Below the pieces are notes generated by a model that saw only the letters and a list, made by a program, of their open reading frames with translations, was not told where the DNA came from and made no database searches. The position numbers and the translations under genes were made by a program. Shown here piece by piece: positions 1 to 8,437 of a stretch of DNA of 45,970 bases. Each line of letters begins with the position of its first letter. Within the stretch, counting starts at the first letter, position 1. The stretch is taken from assembly GCA_964616495.1 (NCBI GenBank), contig CAZTRF010000003.1, forward strand, positions 1 to 45,970, in the 5' to 3' direction. Source of the stretch: an uncultured Muribaculaceae bacterium. GTDB lineage: Bacteria > Bacillota_I > Bacilli_A > RF39 > UBA660.

Positions 1-60
1 TTATAAACTTTTAAAAAGCAAAATCTTTATGTTCAACATTATACGTGATATAATTTTATT

Positions 61-1452
61 ATGAAAAAAGTAAAAGATATGTTTAAAAAGTTATCGTTAG
101 TAGATTTAATTATCTTTTTAATTCCGGTAATATTATTTGGATTTGTTTTATATGTTTATTTTCCAGCTATATTATCTCCTGATTCGCATAATCAACTATG
201 GCAAATAAGTACAGGTATATTTAGTAATGCTCATCCTTTTATTCATACGTTATTAGAAATGCTATGTTTAAAAGTTTGGAATAATCCGGCTAGTGTGGCC
301 ATATTTCAAATCTTAATATTTTCTACTATTTGGATGTTTATTTGCAAATATAATCGAAAAGAAAATTCTAGTAAAAGGGTTATAATATTTCAATTATTAT
401 TGACTTTAATAATATCTTTAAACCCTTTAAACAGTACTTCAGCCATTACTTTATGGAAAGATATTTTATATAGTTATTTGTTATTGTTACTGGCTTTTTT
501 TATTGAAGCAGGTATTGATAATAAATTTAATTATTCAAATAAATTGTTAATATTTATTAGTTTTATAACAGCTTTAGTTCCTCATATTAGACATAATGGA
601 ATTGTTTCTTCTTTTATATTTATAATTATTATAATAATAGCACTATTAAAATATTATAAATCTTATAAATGGTTATTATTAATAGTTTGTAGTTTTTCAT
701 TTTATTTATTATTAAATATTCCTTTAAAAGTATATAAAGTAGAAGAAACTGGATTATCTACTAAACAGGTATTAGATTCCAAGTCTTTACAATATCTTTC
801 TTATTTATTGGCCAATAATAGAATAAATGATGACGATAAAAGTAGTCTAAGTAATTATGTTAATGTTGATAAGTTAAAAGAAGCTAATAACCCATATTTT
901 AAAGACCCTATTTTATTAACAGATATTAATTGGAAATATCTAAACAATCACAACAAAGAATTTTATAAACTGGTTTGGAGTCTTGTTAAAGATGATAAAA
1001 AAACATTTCTAACTTTTATGAAAAAAAGTACCACTGTTTTATATACTTTAGATCGACCTAATGATTGCTTTGGAACTGGGTTATATACTGAAATAGATGA
1101 AAGTAATAATGACCTAGGGTATAAACATATTAATAGTGAAAAAGGAATATACAAAACAATTAACAATTTATTCTATAGGTCAACTCAAGTAAAGGGCCTT
1201 AATGCCTTGTTATATAATCCTGTATTATATTTTTATGGGGGAATAGTATTGGCTATTATAGCTACTATCATATTAAAAAAGAAATATTGGTTATGTATAG
1301 TTCCTAATTTATTTAATGTATTAGGACTTACTTTAACTATACCGGCCCAAGATACTAGGTATGTTTATGGAAACTTTTTTACTTTATATTTAATAATTTT
1401 AATTATAATAAGTAAATATAGTTTTAAAATATGTAAGAAAAGATATAAATAA
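61..1452 (+). CDS. Polytopic integral membrane protein, function unknown (possibly a GT-C-like envelope polymer transferase)
   Basis: 463-aa ORF with many hydrophobic helices (LIIFLIPVILFGFVLYVYF, FIFIIIIIIALL, VLYFYGGIVLAIIATIIL) and a large hydrophilic loop at about aa 230-380. It lies directly upstream of a GT4 glycosyltransferase. Function is inferred from context only. Confidence 0.5.
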   Translation: MKKVKDMFKKLSLVDLIIFLIPVILFGFVLYVYFPAILSPDSHNQLWQISTGIFSNAHPFIHTLLEMLCLKVWNNPASVAIFQILIFSTIWMFICKYNRKENSSKRVIIFQLLLTLIISLNPLNSTSAITLWKDILYSYLLLLLAFFIEAGIDNKFNYSNKLLIFISFITALVPHIRHNGIVSSFIFIIIIIIALLKYYKSYKWLLLIVCSFSFYLLLNIPLKVYKVEETGLSTKQVLDSKSLQYLSYLLANNRINDDDKSSLSNYVNVDKLKEANNPYFKDPILLTDINWKYLNNHNKEFYKLVWSLVKDDKKTFLTFMKKSTTVLYTLDRPNDCFGTGLYTEIDESNNDLGYKHINSEKGIYKTINNLFYRSTQVKGLNALLYNPVLYFYGGIVLAIIATIILKKKYWLCIVPNLFNVLGLTLTIPAQDTRYVYGNFFTLYLIILIIISKYSFKICKKRYK

Positions 1453-1469
1453 TGGTATAATAAACTTAT

Positions 1470-2585
1470 ATGAAAAAGATTACAGTTATAACTTCTCATT
1501 TAGGTTATGGAGGCGTTGAACAATACCTTTCTTCTTTATGTGATATGTTAAAAGATAATTACGAAATAGAGTTAATTGTAGTTTATAAAAGTTATAGTGA
1601 ACCGGTATTTCCTTTTGATAAAAAAATTAACATAAAATATATATTTCCTTATATAGCATATCCATCTAACATAATAAAATATCTAAAGTCTTTTAAAATA
1701 GGTAAAGCCTTTAAAGAGGGATTACTTGGTTTAAATATTATTTTAAGTAGAAGGTATAAATTAATTGATATAGTAAGAAATTTAAAAACCGATATTGTTT
1801 TAACTACTAGACTAAAAGAAAGTAAATATGTTAATAGATATTGTTCTAAGAATATTTATAAAATATGTACTGAACATAATTATCCAACTGATTTATATAA
1901 ATTAAAATTATTAACGGGAATATCTAGATTTAATAAATTGGTGGTAGTTAATGATGAAATAAAAAATATATATGAAAAAGACTTTAAAGGAAAGGTAATT
2001 ACCATTCCTAATGTTATAGAAAATATTCCTTTAGAAAAATCTAAATTAAAAACCAATAATATTATTAGTATAGGGCGTTTAGAAAAAGAAAAAGGTATTC
2101 TAGATTTAATAGATGTTATTGATTTGGTATCAAAGCAAATTAAAGATGTGACATTATATTTAATTGGTGATGGAAAAGAAAGAAAAGAAATATCTAAAAA
2201 GATAAATAAACTAAACTTAAATAAAAATATTGTGATGACTGGTTTTTTAAATAAAAAAGATATATCTTTATATATGTTAAATAGTTCATTAATGGTTATG
2301 ACGTCATTTAAGGAGTCTTTTGGAATAGTTTTGTTAGAGGCAATGAGCTATGGGATACCGGTTATATCTTTTGAAAATAGTGGTTCTAGAGAGCTTATTA
2401 ATGGTAAGAATGGGTTAATAGTAAAAAATAGAAACATTAAAAGAATGGCTAAAGAAATTGTTAATTTATTAAATAATAAAAAAGAGTTAAAAACTTATAG
2501 TAAAGGTTGTTCTAAAGTATTAAGTAATTACAATAAAGAGGTTATAAAAGAAGAATGGTTAAAATTTTTAGGAGAAGTAAAATGA
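1470..2585 (+). CDS. Glycosyltransferase family 4 (GT-B, group 1)
   Basis: 371 aa. C-terminal E-x7-E region ESFGIVLLEAMSYGIPVISFENSGSRELI and the preceding GRLEKEKG motif are typical of GT4 enzymes. Confidence 0.8.
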   Translation: MKKITVITSHLGYGGVEQYLSSLCDMLKDNYEIELIVVYKSYSEPVFPFDKKINIKYIFPYIAYPSNIIKYLKSFKIGKAFKEGLLGLNIILSRRYKLIDIVRNLKTDIVLTTRLKESKYVNRYCSKNIYKICTEHNYPTDLYKLKLLTGISRFNKLVVVNDEIKNIYEKDFKGKVITIPNVIENIPLEKSKLKTNNIISIGRLEKEKGILDLIDVIDLVSKQIKDVTLYLIGDGKERKEISKKINKLNLNKNIVMTGFLNKKDISLYMLNSSLMVMTSFKESFGIVLLEAMSYGIPVISFENSGSRELINGKNGLIVKNRNIKRMAKEIVNLLNNKKELKTYSKGCSKVLSNYNKEVIKEEWLKFLGEVK

Positions 2586-2977
2586 AAAAAGGGCTATTAA
2601 TATTAATGAGTTTAATGATGATTGGATGCGGAAACAATCTTTTAGAAGAACAAAACAGTGAAAAGCTAAAAACTTTTGATAAAATAAGTACTGAAAGTGA
2701 ATATATTTATAATAAAGATGCCGAATATTTAATATTAGAAATTACTAATAAAAAAGTAACTAACGTCACTTTAAATATAGTTTATAAAAGTGAAGGAGAA
2801 GCAGAAAATGCCGAATCTTTACTTACTAATATAGATCAATATGAAAAGATAGAACGTGAAGTCAATATACTTATTGTGACATTTAAAGATAGTTATGTTA
2901 AAATATATAAAGACGCCAGTCTCAAAACAATTGATAAAGATTTAATTAAGGAAGGATATCATAAGATAGGTGAATAA
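2582..2977 (+). CDS. Small lipoprotein, unknown function
   Basis: I place the start at ATG 2582 (MKKGLLILMSLMMIGCGNN; lipobox LMMIGC). It overlaps the TGA stop of the GT4 gene as ATGA. The ORF-track start at 2555 lies inside the upstream gene. Confidence 0.6.
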   Translation: MKKGLLILMSLMMIGCGNNLLEEQNSEKLKTFDKISTESEYIYNKDAEYLILEITNKKVTNVTLNIVYKSEGEAENAESLLTNIDQYEKIEREVNILIVTFKDSYVKIYKDASLKTIDKDLIKEGYHKIGE

Positions 2978-3712
2978 ATGAAAAAAACATCAGTTAAAAG
3001 AATTGCGGCATACATAATAGATGCTTTAATATTGGGGTTGATAATTTCTTTAATATCAACAACTTCATATTTAAAAAGTAAAGATACTCAAGCTACAAAA
3101 TTAGAAAAACAAATTAGTAGTTATTATGAAAAATATGAAAACGAGGAGATAACAGCTAAAGAATATACTGATTTAACAATGGATTTAACATATAAAATTC
3201 AAAAATATGATAATCCAAGTCAAATATTAACTATTATTTTGTATATAGCTTATTTTGGTATTTTTCAGGCTTTAAATAAAGGTCAAACGATAGGCAAGAT
3301 GGTTATGAAAATAAAAATAAAAGGTTATCAAGATAAAAAAATTAACATTTTTAATTATTTGTTAAGATGTTTATTTTTATACGGAGTGTTAACAACAGCG
3401 ATTACCATTGGATTATATTATTTGCTAGATGTTAAAACGTTTTTCTATGCTAGTGCTTATGTGTCTTTAGCAGGTACCATTTTAGTATATATTATTATAT
3501 TTATGGTTTTAGTTAAACAAGATGGCAGAGGATTACATGATTATTTGGCTAAGACTGAAGTTATAGATACTACTGTTGTCCCAGAAGAAGTAAAAGAAGA
3601 ACCAAAAGAAAAAGTTATTGAAGCCGACTATGAAGAAACAAAAGCTCCAAAAAAGAAAACGAGTTCTAAAAAAAAGAACTCTTCAAAAAAAGTAACTAAA
3701 AAAATAAAGTAA
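2978..3712 (+). CDS. RDD family membrane protein with a Lys-rich C-terminal tail
   Basis: N-terminal KRIAAYIIDALILG and C-terminal GRGLHDYLAKTEV motifs bracket TM helices, as in the RDD domain. The tail is KKKTSSKKKNSSKKVTKKIK. The start abuts the previous stop. Confidence 0.7.
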   Translation: MKKTSVKRIAAYIIDALILGLIISLISTTSYLKSKDTQATKLEKQISSYYEKYENEEITAKEYTDLTMDLTYKIQKYDNPSQILTIILYIAYFGIFQALNKGQTIGKMVMKIKIKGYQDKKINIFNYLLRCLFLYGVLTTAITIGLYYLLDVKTFFYASAYVSLAGTILVYIIIFMVLVKQDGRGLHDYLAKTEVIDTTVVPEEVKEEPKEKVIEADYEETKAPKKKTSSKKKNSSKKVTKKIK

Positions 3713-3736
3713 AAGCGATTAAAGGAAGTTTGAATC

Positions 3737-4756
3737 ATGAAGAATACTAAAATTAATGGTATTATTCTATTTGTTGTAACTGCGGCTATACTTATTTATG
3801 TATTAAAAGATAATTTTACGCAAACGATTAATATAATTAGTTCAGCAAATTTATTGTGGATTCTAATAGCGATAACTTTATATGTTATTGCCTTTTCCGT
3901 TGAAACAATGGTTTTAAGGAAGTTGATTAAACAATATAAAAAAGATTACTCTCTTTTATCAACATTTAAATTAACGATTATGACCAAGTTTTTTAATGGT
4001 ATTACTCCTTTTTCAGCTGGAGGAAGGCCCTTACAATTAATTGAATTTAAAAAAAGAGACATAAAAATATCTGATGGGACTAATATTGTAGTTCAGCAGT
4101 TTATCGTTTTTGAAATATCATTTATTATTTTAGCGGGTATTTCTTTTATATTAGATTATATTTTTAACTTTTTTTCTTATGTGCCGATACTTGATAAATT
4201 GACTAAAATTGGTTTCTTAATAAACATTGCGATTTTAGGAATAGCTTTCTTATTAAGCCTTAGTAAGAAATTAAATAAAAAAATAGTGAAAGCAATTGTA
4301 CTGTTATTGTCAGGACTAAAAATAGTTAAAAATAAAGAAGAACAATTAGAAAAATGGGAAGCAACGTGCAATGAGTATTATGATGGCTTTAATAGTTTTA
4401 GAAATAATCGTCAAACGGTTTGGAAATGTATTTTGTTAGAACTTATAGCATTAATGATAGAATATATGATTCCTTTATGTATTTTTAAATCATTAGGGCC
4501 AACCATTAACTTAAATATAATTAGTTGTCTAGTAGCTTCAGTATTTGTTTATATGTCGGGTTGTTATATACCCATTCCTGGAGGAACAGGAGGAATGGAA
4601 TACGGCTTTATGAATTATTTTGCAAATTTTACAGGGGTATTTTTAATCTCACCAGCATTAATTTTGTGGAGATTTATAACATATTATCTTCCAACATTAA
4701 TTGGGGGAATAGCTTTTAATATTAATAAAAAGAAAAACGAAAAAATGATATTATAG
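3737..4756 (+). CDS. UPF0104 / lysyl-phosphatidylglycerol-synthase-TM-like flippase-like membrane protein
   Basis: 339 aa, about 8 TM helices. The conserved-looking motif YIPIPGGTGGMEYGF resembles the P-x-PGG-x-G-x-E signature of the UPF0104 family. Confidence 0.6.
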   Translation: MKNTKINGIILFVVTAAILIYVLKDNFTQTINIISSANLLWILIAITLYVIAFSVETMVLRKLIKQYKKDYSLLSTFKLTIMTKFFNGITPFSAGGRPLQLIEFKKRDIKISDGTNIVVQQFIVFEISFIILAGISFILDYIFNFFSYVPILDKLTKIGFLINIAILGIAFLLSLSKKLNKKIVKAIVLLLSGLKIVKNKEEQLEKWEATCNEYYDGFNSFRNNRQTVWKCILLELIALMIEYMIPLCIFKSLGPTINLNIISCLVASVFVYMSGCYIPIPGGTGGMEYGFMNYFANFTGVFLISPALILWRFITYYLPTLIGGIAFNINKKKNEKMIL

Positions 4757-4764
4757 AATAATAC

Positions 4765-5235
4765 ATGTTAAAATTTATGATATGGGAGGTGAGCAAAATT
4801 AAAAAAATAATTTTAAATGGAATATTGATATTGGTTTTAGTTTTTGGAGTAGTAGGATGTGGAAGTCAAAGCCCATCTTCTAACGAAAAAAATACGAGTC
4901 AGGGCGAAAATATTATTAATAATGAAGAAATAAAATTATATTCAGATGATACAAAATTGGTATTTAATTTAAGTGCTTATACAGCAGTATATTATTTTGA
5001 AGGAGATGTCGTAACTGGGTTAGAATATTATTTTGAATATCCAGATTCAGCAACTGCTGCAGCAGCCGTATCTTCAATTAAAGCTGGTTATACAGCTGAA
5101 GATAATATAGAAAAAGTAATTCAAAAAGGAAATTATGTGATTGTAAAATTTAAAAATGCTGAATATCAAGATTTGAAAGTTAGTGAAATTAAAGAAACCT
5201 ATAAATATTTAGATGAATTTTATAAAAACAATTAA
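4765..5235 (+). CDS. Small lipoprotein, unknown function
   Basis: Signal peptide with lipobox LVFGVVGCGSQ. The exact start is uncertain: ATG 4765 or 4777, and a GGGAGGTGA Shine-Dalgarno at 4785-4793 would favour a later non-ATG start. Followed by a hairpin terminator. Confidence 0.6.
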   Translation: MLKFMIWEVSKIKKIILNGILILVLVFGVVGCGSQSPSSNEKNTSQGENIINNEEIKLYSDDTKLVFNLSAYTAVYYFEGDVVTGLEYYFEYPDSATAAAAVSSIKAGYTAEDNIEKVIQKGNYVIVKFKNAEYQDLKVSEIKETYKYLDEFYKNN

Positions 5236-5256
5236 AGCACATTATAGTGCTTTTTT
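5236..5256 (+). terminator. Rho-independent terminator
   Basis: AGCACATTATAGTGC hairpin followed by TTTTTT, immediately after the stop at 5235. Confidence 0.7.
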
Positions 5257-5296
5257 GGATGATTAGCCAAATTATAACAAAATGATTGGAGAAAAA

Positions 5297-5836
5297 ATGG
5301 AAGAATATTTTGATGTACTTGATGAAAATGGGAATCCTACTGGAAAGAAAAAATTAAGAAAAGAAGTTCACAGAGATGGCGATTGGCATAGAACGGTTCA
5401 TATATGGATAATAAACGGTAAAAAAGAAATTCTTTTACAAAGAAGATGCAAAGATAAAGATAGTTTTCCTAATATGTTAGATGTATCATGTGGCGGGCAT
5501 TTATCTGCTGGAGATTCTTCTTTAGTTGGAGCAATAAGGGAGATTAAAGAAGAATTAAATTTAGATATAAGCAAAAACGATTTGGAATTTTTAACCACTT
5601 TAAAACACACTATAAATTATAAAGAAGATTTTCTTAACAACCAATTTGAAGATATTTACATATTAAAAAAAGATATTAAGTTAGAAGATATGAGTTATCA
5701 AGAGGAAGAAATATCTGAAATAATATATTTTTCTTATAAAGATTTTATTAATATGATAAATAATAAGGATAGAGAATTAATTATTAGAGAAGAAGAATTT
5801 GAAATACTAAAAGATTATTTAAATAATTTGAAATAG
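5297..5836 (+). CDS. NUDIX hydrolase
   Basis: Nudix box GGHLSAGDSSLVGAIREIKEELNL. Likely start ATG 5297 (MEEYFDVLDENG) after a TGGAGA RBS; the track start is 5282. Confidence 0.8.
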   Translation: MEEYFDVLDENGNPTGKKKLRKEVHRDGDWHRTVHIWIINGKKEILLQRRCKDKDSFPNMLDVSCGGHLSAGDSSLVGAIREIKEELNLDISKNDLEFLTTLKHTINYKEDFLNNQFEDIYILKKDIKLEDMSYQEEEISEIIYFSYKDFINMINNKDRELIIREEEFEILKDYLNNLK

Positions 5837-5855
5837 CACATTACAGTGCTTTTTT
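5835..5855 (+). terminator. Rho-independent terminator (near-identical copy of 5236-5256)
   Basis: AGCACATTACAGTGC plus a T-run. It differs from the 5236 hairpin by one loop base. Confidence 0.7.
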
Positions 5856-5879
5856 CATATGATAAAATAGGTGATTAAC

Positions 5880-5933
5880 ATGGATAGAACTTTAATAGGT
5901 ATTGTAATAGATCCAGGACAAGAATGTTTCTGA
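5880..5933 (+). pseudogene. 5' segment of a split N-acetylmuramoyl-L-alanine amidase gene (native codons 1-13 plus CA, then element-derived read-through to a stop)
   Basis: AGGTGA RBS then ATG 5880. Translation is MDRTLIGIVIDPG|QECF*. IVIDPG is the start of the Amidase_3 DPGHGG motif, and the native sequence ends at the CA at 5919-5920. Confidence 0.8.
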
Positions 5934-6074
5934 TAACCCCAATAAAAAATAAAACTAGATATCACAAATAATATAAAAATTATAAATAGTAATTTATAAA
6001 TTTAAAAGCAATTAAATATCTTTACTTTTGCATAACAAAGTGCTATAATGTAATACATAAGTAAAGGTGATATT

Positions 6075-6653
6075 ATGTCTAATAAAGAAAAAGTAATAGA
6101 CTTATTAAATAATAACGGTTATTTTACTACTTCTGAATTTTTAAATCTAGGATTAAGTAAAACGACTTTAAAAAATTATTTAAATGAAGGAATAATTGAA
6201 AAAGTATGTAATGGTATATATATAGAACCAAAATTATTAGAAGATGAGCTATATGTTATTCAATTAAAATATCCATTTGCTGTTGCTTCTTATGAATCTG
6301 CACTTGATATTTTAGGACTTTTAAATGATATTCCAACAGATGTAAGTGTTACAATTCCAAGAGGAAAATCAGTAAGAGCAAAGTGTAAAGTTCATTATAT
6401 TTCTAAAAATAAATATGATATAGGGATAATTTATGTAGTTAATGGTTTTGGGAATAAAATAAAAACATATAATGCCGAGAGATGTATATGTGATATGCTT
6501 AGATCAGAGAATGATTTAGAACAGCAAAATCGCACGTTAAATTATTATTTTAACAACGAATCAAAAAATATAGAAAGACTATTGGAATATGCGAAAATAT
6601 TTAATATTTATGAAAAAGTAAATACAATTGTTGATGTAATGATGAAATGGTAG
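6075..6653 (+). CDS. AbiEi-family type IV toxin-antitoxin antitoxin / transcriptional regulator
   Basis: 192 aa. N-terminal wHTH pattern GYFTTSEFLNLGLSKTTLKNYLNEGIIEKVCNGIYI, then YPFAVASYESALDILGL and VSVTIPRG, as in AbiEi_4 proteins. An extended -10 promoter (TGCTATAAT) lies at about 6040-6049. Confidence 0.75.
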   Translation: MSNKEKVIDLLNNNGYFTTSEFLNLGLSKTTLKNYLNEGIIEKVCNGIYIEPKLLEDELYVIQLKYPFAVASYESALDILGLLNDIPTDVSVTIPRGKSVRAKCKVHYISKNKYDIGIIYVVNGFGNKIKTYNAERCICDMLRSENDLEQQNRTLNYYFNNESKNIERLLEYAKIFNIYEKVNTIVDVMMKW

Positions 6654-6781
6654 AAGAAAAGATATTTAAAGAAAGCATAAATAAAGTTAAAAAAAATTAT
6701 AATTTATCATATTATGAAGTTTTACAAAGATATATGTTTGAAAGAATATTAGAACGTATTTCCTACATTAAAAATAAATAG
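6647..6781 (+). pseudogene. Truncated AbiEii/AbiGii nucleotidyltransferase toxin (only about 37 native codons remain)
   Basis: ATGG-TAG overlap with the abiEi stop, which is typical TA coupling. MVEEKIFKESINKVKKNYNLSYYEVLQRYMFERILERIS matches the conserved AbiEii N-terminus (Y-x-x-ER-x-L-x-R-x-S). The reading frame then enters the 86-bp repeat at 6757 and stops at 6779-6781. Confidence 0.7.
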
Positions 6782-6842
6782 TTTATATTGGATATTTATA
6801 TCAACTGGTTTATTAGGAAATTACTACTTTTTAAATAAATGG
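6757..6842. repeat. 86-bp perfect inverted repeat, copy A
   Basis: Exact reverse complement of 7777-7862, checked base by base. The flanking bases differ on both sides. Confidence 0.9.
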
Positions 6843-6855
6843 AGGTGTGAAAAAA

Positions 6856-7263
6856 ATGAAAAAATGTATTAATTGTAAAGCTGAAATTGATACTAAAATA
6901 AAAATTTGTCCAAATTGTGAAAGAAAACAACCAAATTATTACGAAAAGGAAATATCAATTTTTTTAATACTATTAATTATTGTTTCTTTCATATTAATTG
7001 GGATATTAGAAAGTCAAAATAGTGGTGGTTCTGAAAATAAATGTTATATTTCAATAGAAGAATTTAATGAAATAAAAACTGGCATGACTTATGAAGAAGT
7101 TAAAAACATTGTTGGATGTGACGGTACTGTTAATTCTGAAACAGAATTAATGGGTTCTAAAATGACGATATATTCGTGGTATGGTAAAGATGGAATTTCA
7201 AATGCTAATATAAATATTCAAGATGACAAGCTTATTAATAAAACACAAATTGGTTTAAAGTAA
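6856..7263 (+). CDS. Zinc-ribbon / single-TM / DUF3862-like (BLIP-like) domain protein
   Basis: CINCKAEIDTKIKICPNC zinc ribbon, TM helix ISIFLILLIIVSFILIGIL, and a C-terminal ISIEEFNEIKTGMTYEEVKNIVG...YSWYG pattern. Start ATG 6856 after a TGGAGG RBS. A hairpin terminator lies at about 7350-7397. Confidence 0.6.
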   Translation: MKKCINCKAEIDTKIKICPNCERKQPNYYEKEISIFLILLIIVSFILIGILESQNSGGSENKCYISIEEFNEIKTGMTYEEVKNIVGCDGTVNSETELMGSKMTIYSWYGKDGISNANINIQDDKLINKTQIGLK

Positions 7264-7491
7264 CTAAAAATTCCATTTTAGTAACACACTACGATATTGG
7301 CTAGCCAATATCGATTGTGCAAAGGAAAATCCCTTTTGAAACCCTATATAGCAATATAATGTAAATTAATTATAAACATTATATTGCTTTTTTTATCAAA
7401 TTATTTTGATAAAAAATAAAAAGACTATCGCTACTTTCATTTGCAAGCAAACAAAACGTACCACGTCTTTTTAATAAAATAAGTCTAAACT

Positions 7492-7944
7492 TTAAATTGT
7501 GTAGACTTGTTTTTTTGGAATTATTTTACTTATCTTTTTAATTGTTTTATCAGTTATTACTACTAATAGGTATAAAACAATTAGAGATAAAATATATAAT
7601 GAAATCATTAATATATAATTACTTGTTACTTTAGCAAATGTATCTAATACATATATTATACAAATTATTACTGTATATAATCCAACTACAAAGAAAGTTG
7701 CATCAGATGGTTTCCTAGTAATATTTTTGTCATAATTCTTATCAGCTTTTCTAAACCGGGTAATCCCATCTTTAGACCATTTATTTAAAAAGTAGTAATT
7801 TCCTAATAAACCAGTTGATATAAATATCCAATATAAACTATTTATTTTTAATGTAGGAAATATCAGTACAAGACATAATGCTATAAATGAAAGTACACAA
7901 CTAATTATTTGAGTCTTATTTAAATACTTATTTATTTTTTTCAT
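7492..7944 (-). CDS. Element-encoded 4-TM membrane protein, unknown function
   Basis: 150-aa ORF with four hydrophobic helices. It overlaps the end of the XRE gene by 17 nt, which suggests one operon. Confidence 0.55.
   Translation of the reverse strand: MKKINKYLNKTQIISCVLSFIALCLVLIFPTLKINSLYWIFISTGLLGNYYFLNKWSKDGITRFRKADKNYDKNITRKPSDATFFVVGLYTVIICIIYVLDTFAKVTSNYILMISLYILSLIVLYLLVVITDKTIKKISKIIPKKQVYTI
7777..7862. repeat. 86-bp perfect inverted repeat, copy B (inside the membrane-protein gene)
   Basis: Reverse complement of 6757-6842. On the minus strand it encodes IFPTLKINSLYWIFISTGLLGNYYFLNKW of the 7492-7944 ORF. Confidence 0.9.
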
Positions 7945-8437
7945 TTTGTAACCTCTCTTTGACCTTATTACTTTCTAAAAGCTTTATTATTTCTTGATTA
8001 GTATTACTTTGATATTTTAAATCCTCAATAGTTTCTTCTAATACATTCTTATCTTCTTCTTTAAGTTTTTCGTTATCAATTCTTTTTTGCAATGACTCAA
8101 TAATAATATCATTATTTTTTATACTAGCTAAAGCAGTAAACAAAGCATCATCTAATTCGTTGCCTTTTAAGTTGGCGTAATGATCCAATAAGTATGGATT
8201 TAAAGCACTTACTTGAACTCCTAAACCAATCATATACATTAAGTCATTATAATTAATATCTATATATTTACTAATTTTTCTTAATGTTTTTGGATTTGGA
8301 TCTTGTCTTAATCCAGACTCTATTTTAGATAATTCTGAATTACTGATTTTAGCAACTTTTGCAAGTTGTCTTTGAGATAATCCAGCATTTTCTCTAGCTT
8401 CTGCTATTATCTTTCCAATAGTTCCGTTTTCTTGCAT
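7928..8437 (-). CDS. XRE-family HTH transcriptional regulator (CI-like repressor)
   Basis: N-terminal HTH_3 motif IGKIIAEARENAGLSQRQLAKVAKISNSELSKIESG, with a coiled-coil-like C-terminus. It is divergent from the rightward element genes. Confidence 0.8.
   Translation of the reverse strand: MQENGTIGKIIAEARENAGLSQRQLAKVAKISNSELSKIESGLRQDPNPKTLRKISKYIDINYNDLMYMIGLGVQVSALNPYLLDHYANLKGNELDDALFTALASIKNNDIIIESLQKRIDNEKLKEEDKNVLEETIEDLKYQSNTNQEIIKLLESNKVKERLQNEKNK

Noticed and set aside
963-1166. Short nested or antisense ORFs from the six-frame track (963-1166, 4177-4371, 4525-4719, 5398-5610, 9111-9305, 9844-10056, 10255-10446, 10662-10850, 19366-19632, 21693-21926, 23467-23721, 25699-25890, 29617-29802, 30672-31024, 32382-32594, 34950-35162, 41336-41557, 41793-41981, 42519-42707, 43301-43543)
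   Set aside because: Each lies inside a longer, motif-supported ORF in another frame or on the other strand. I saw no ribosome-binding sites or recognisable motifs.
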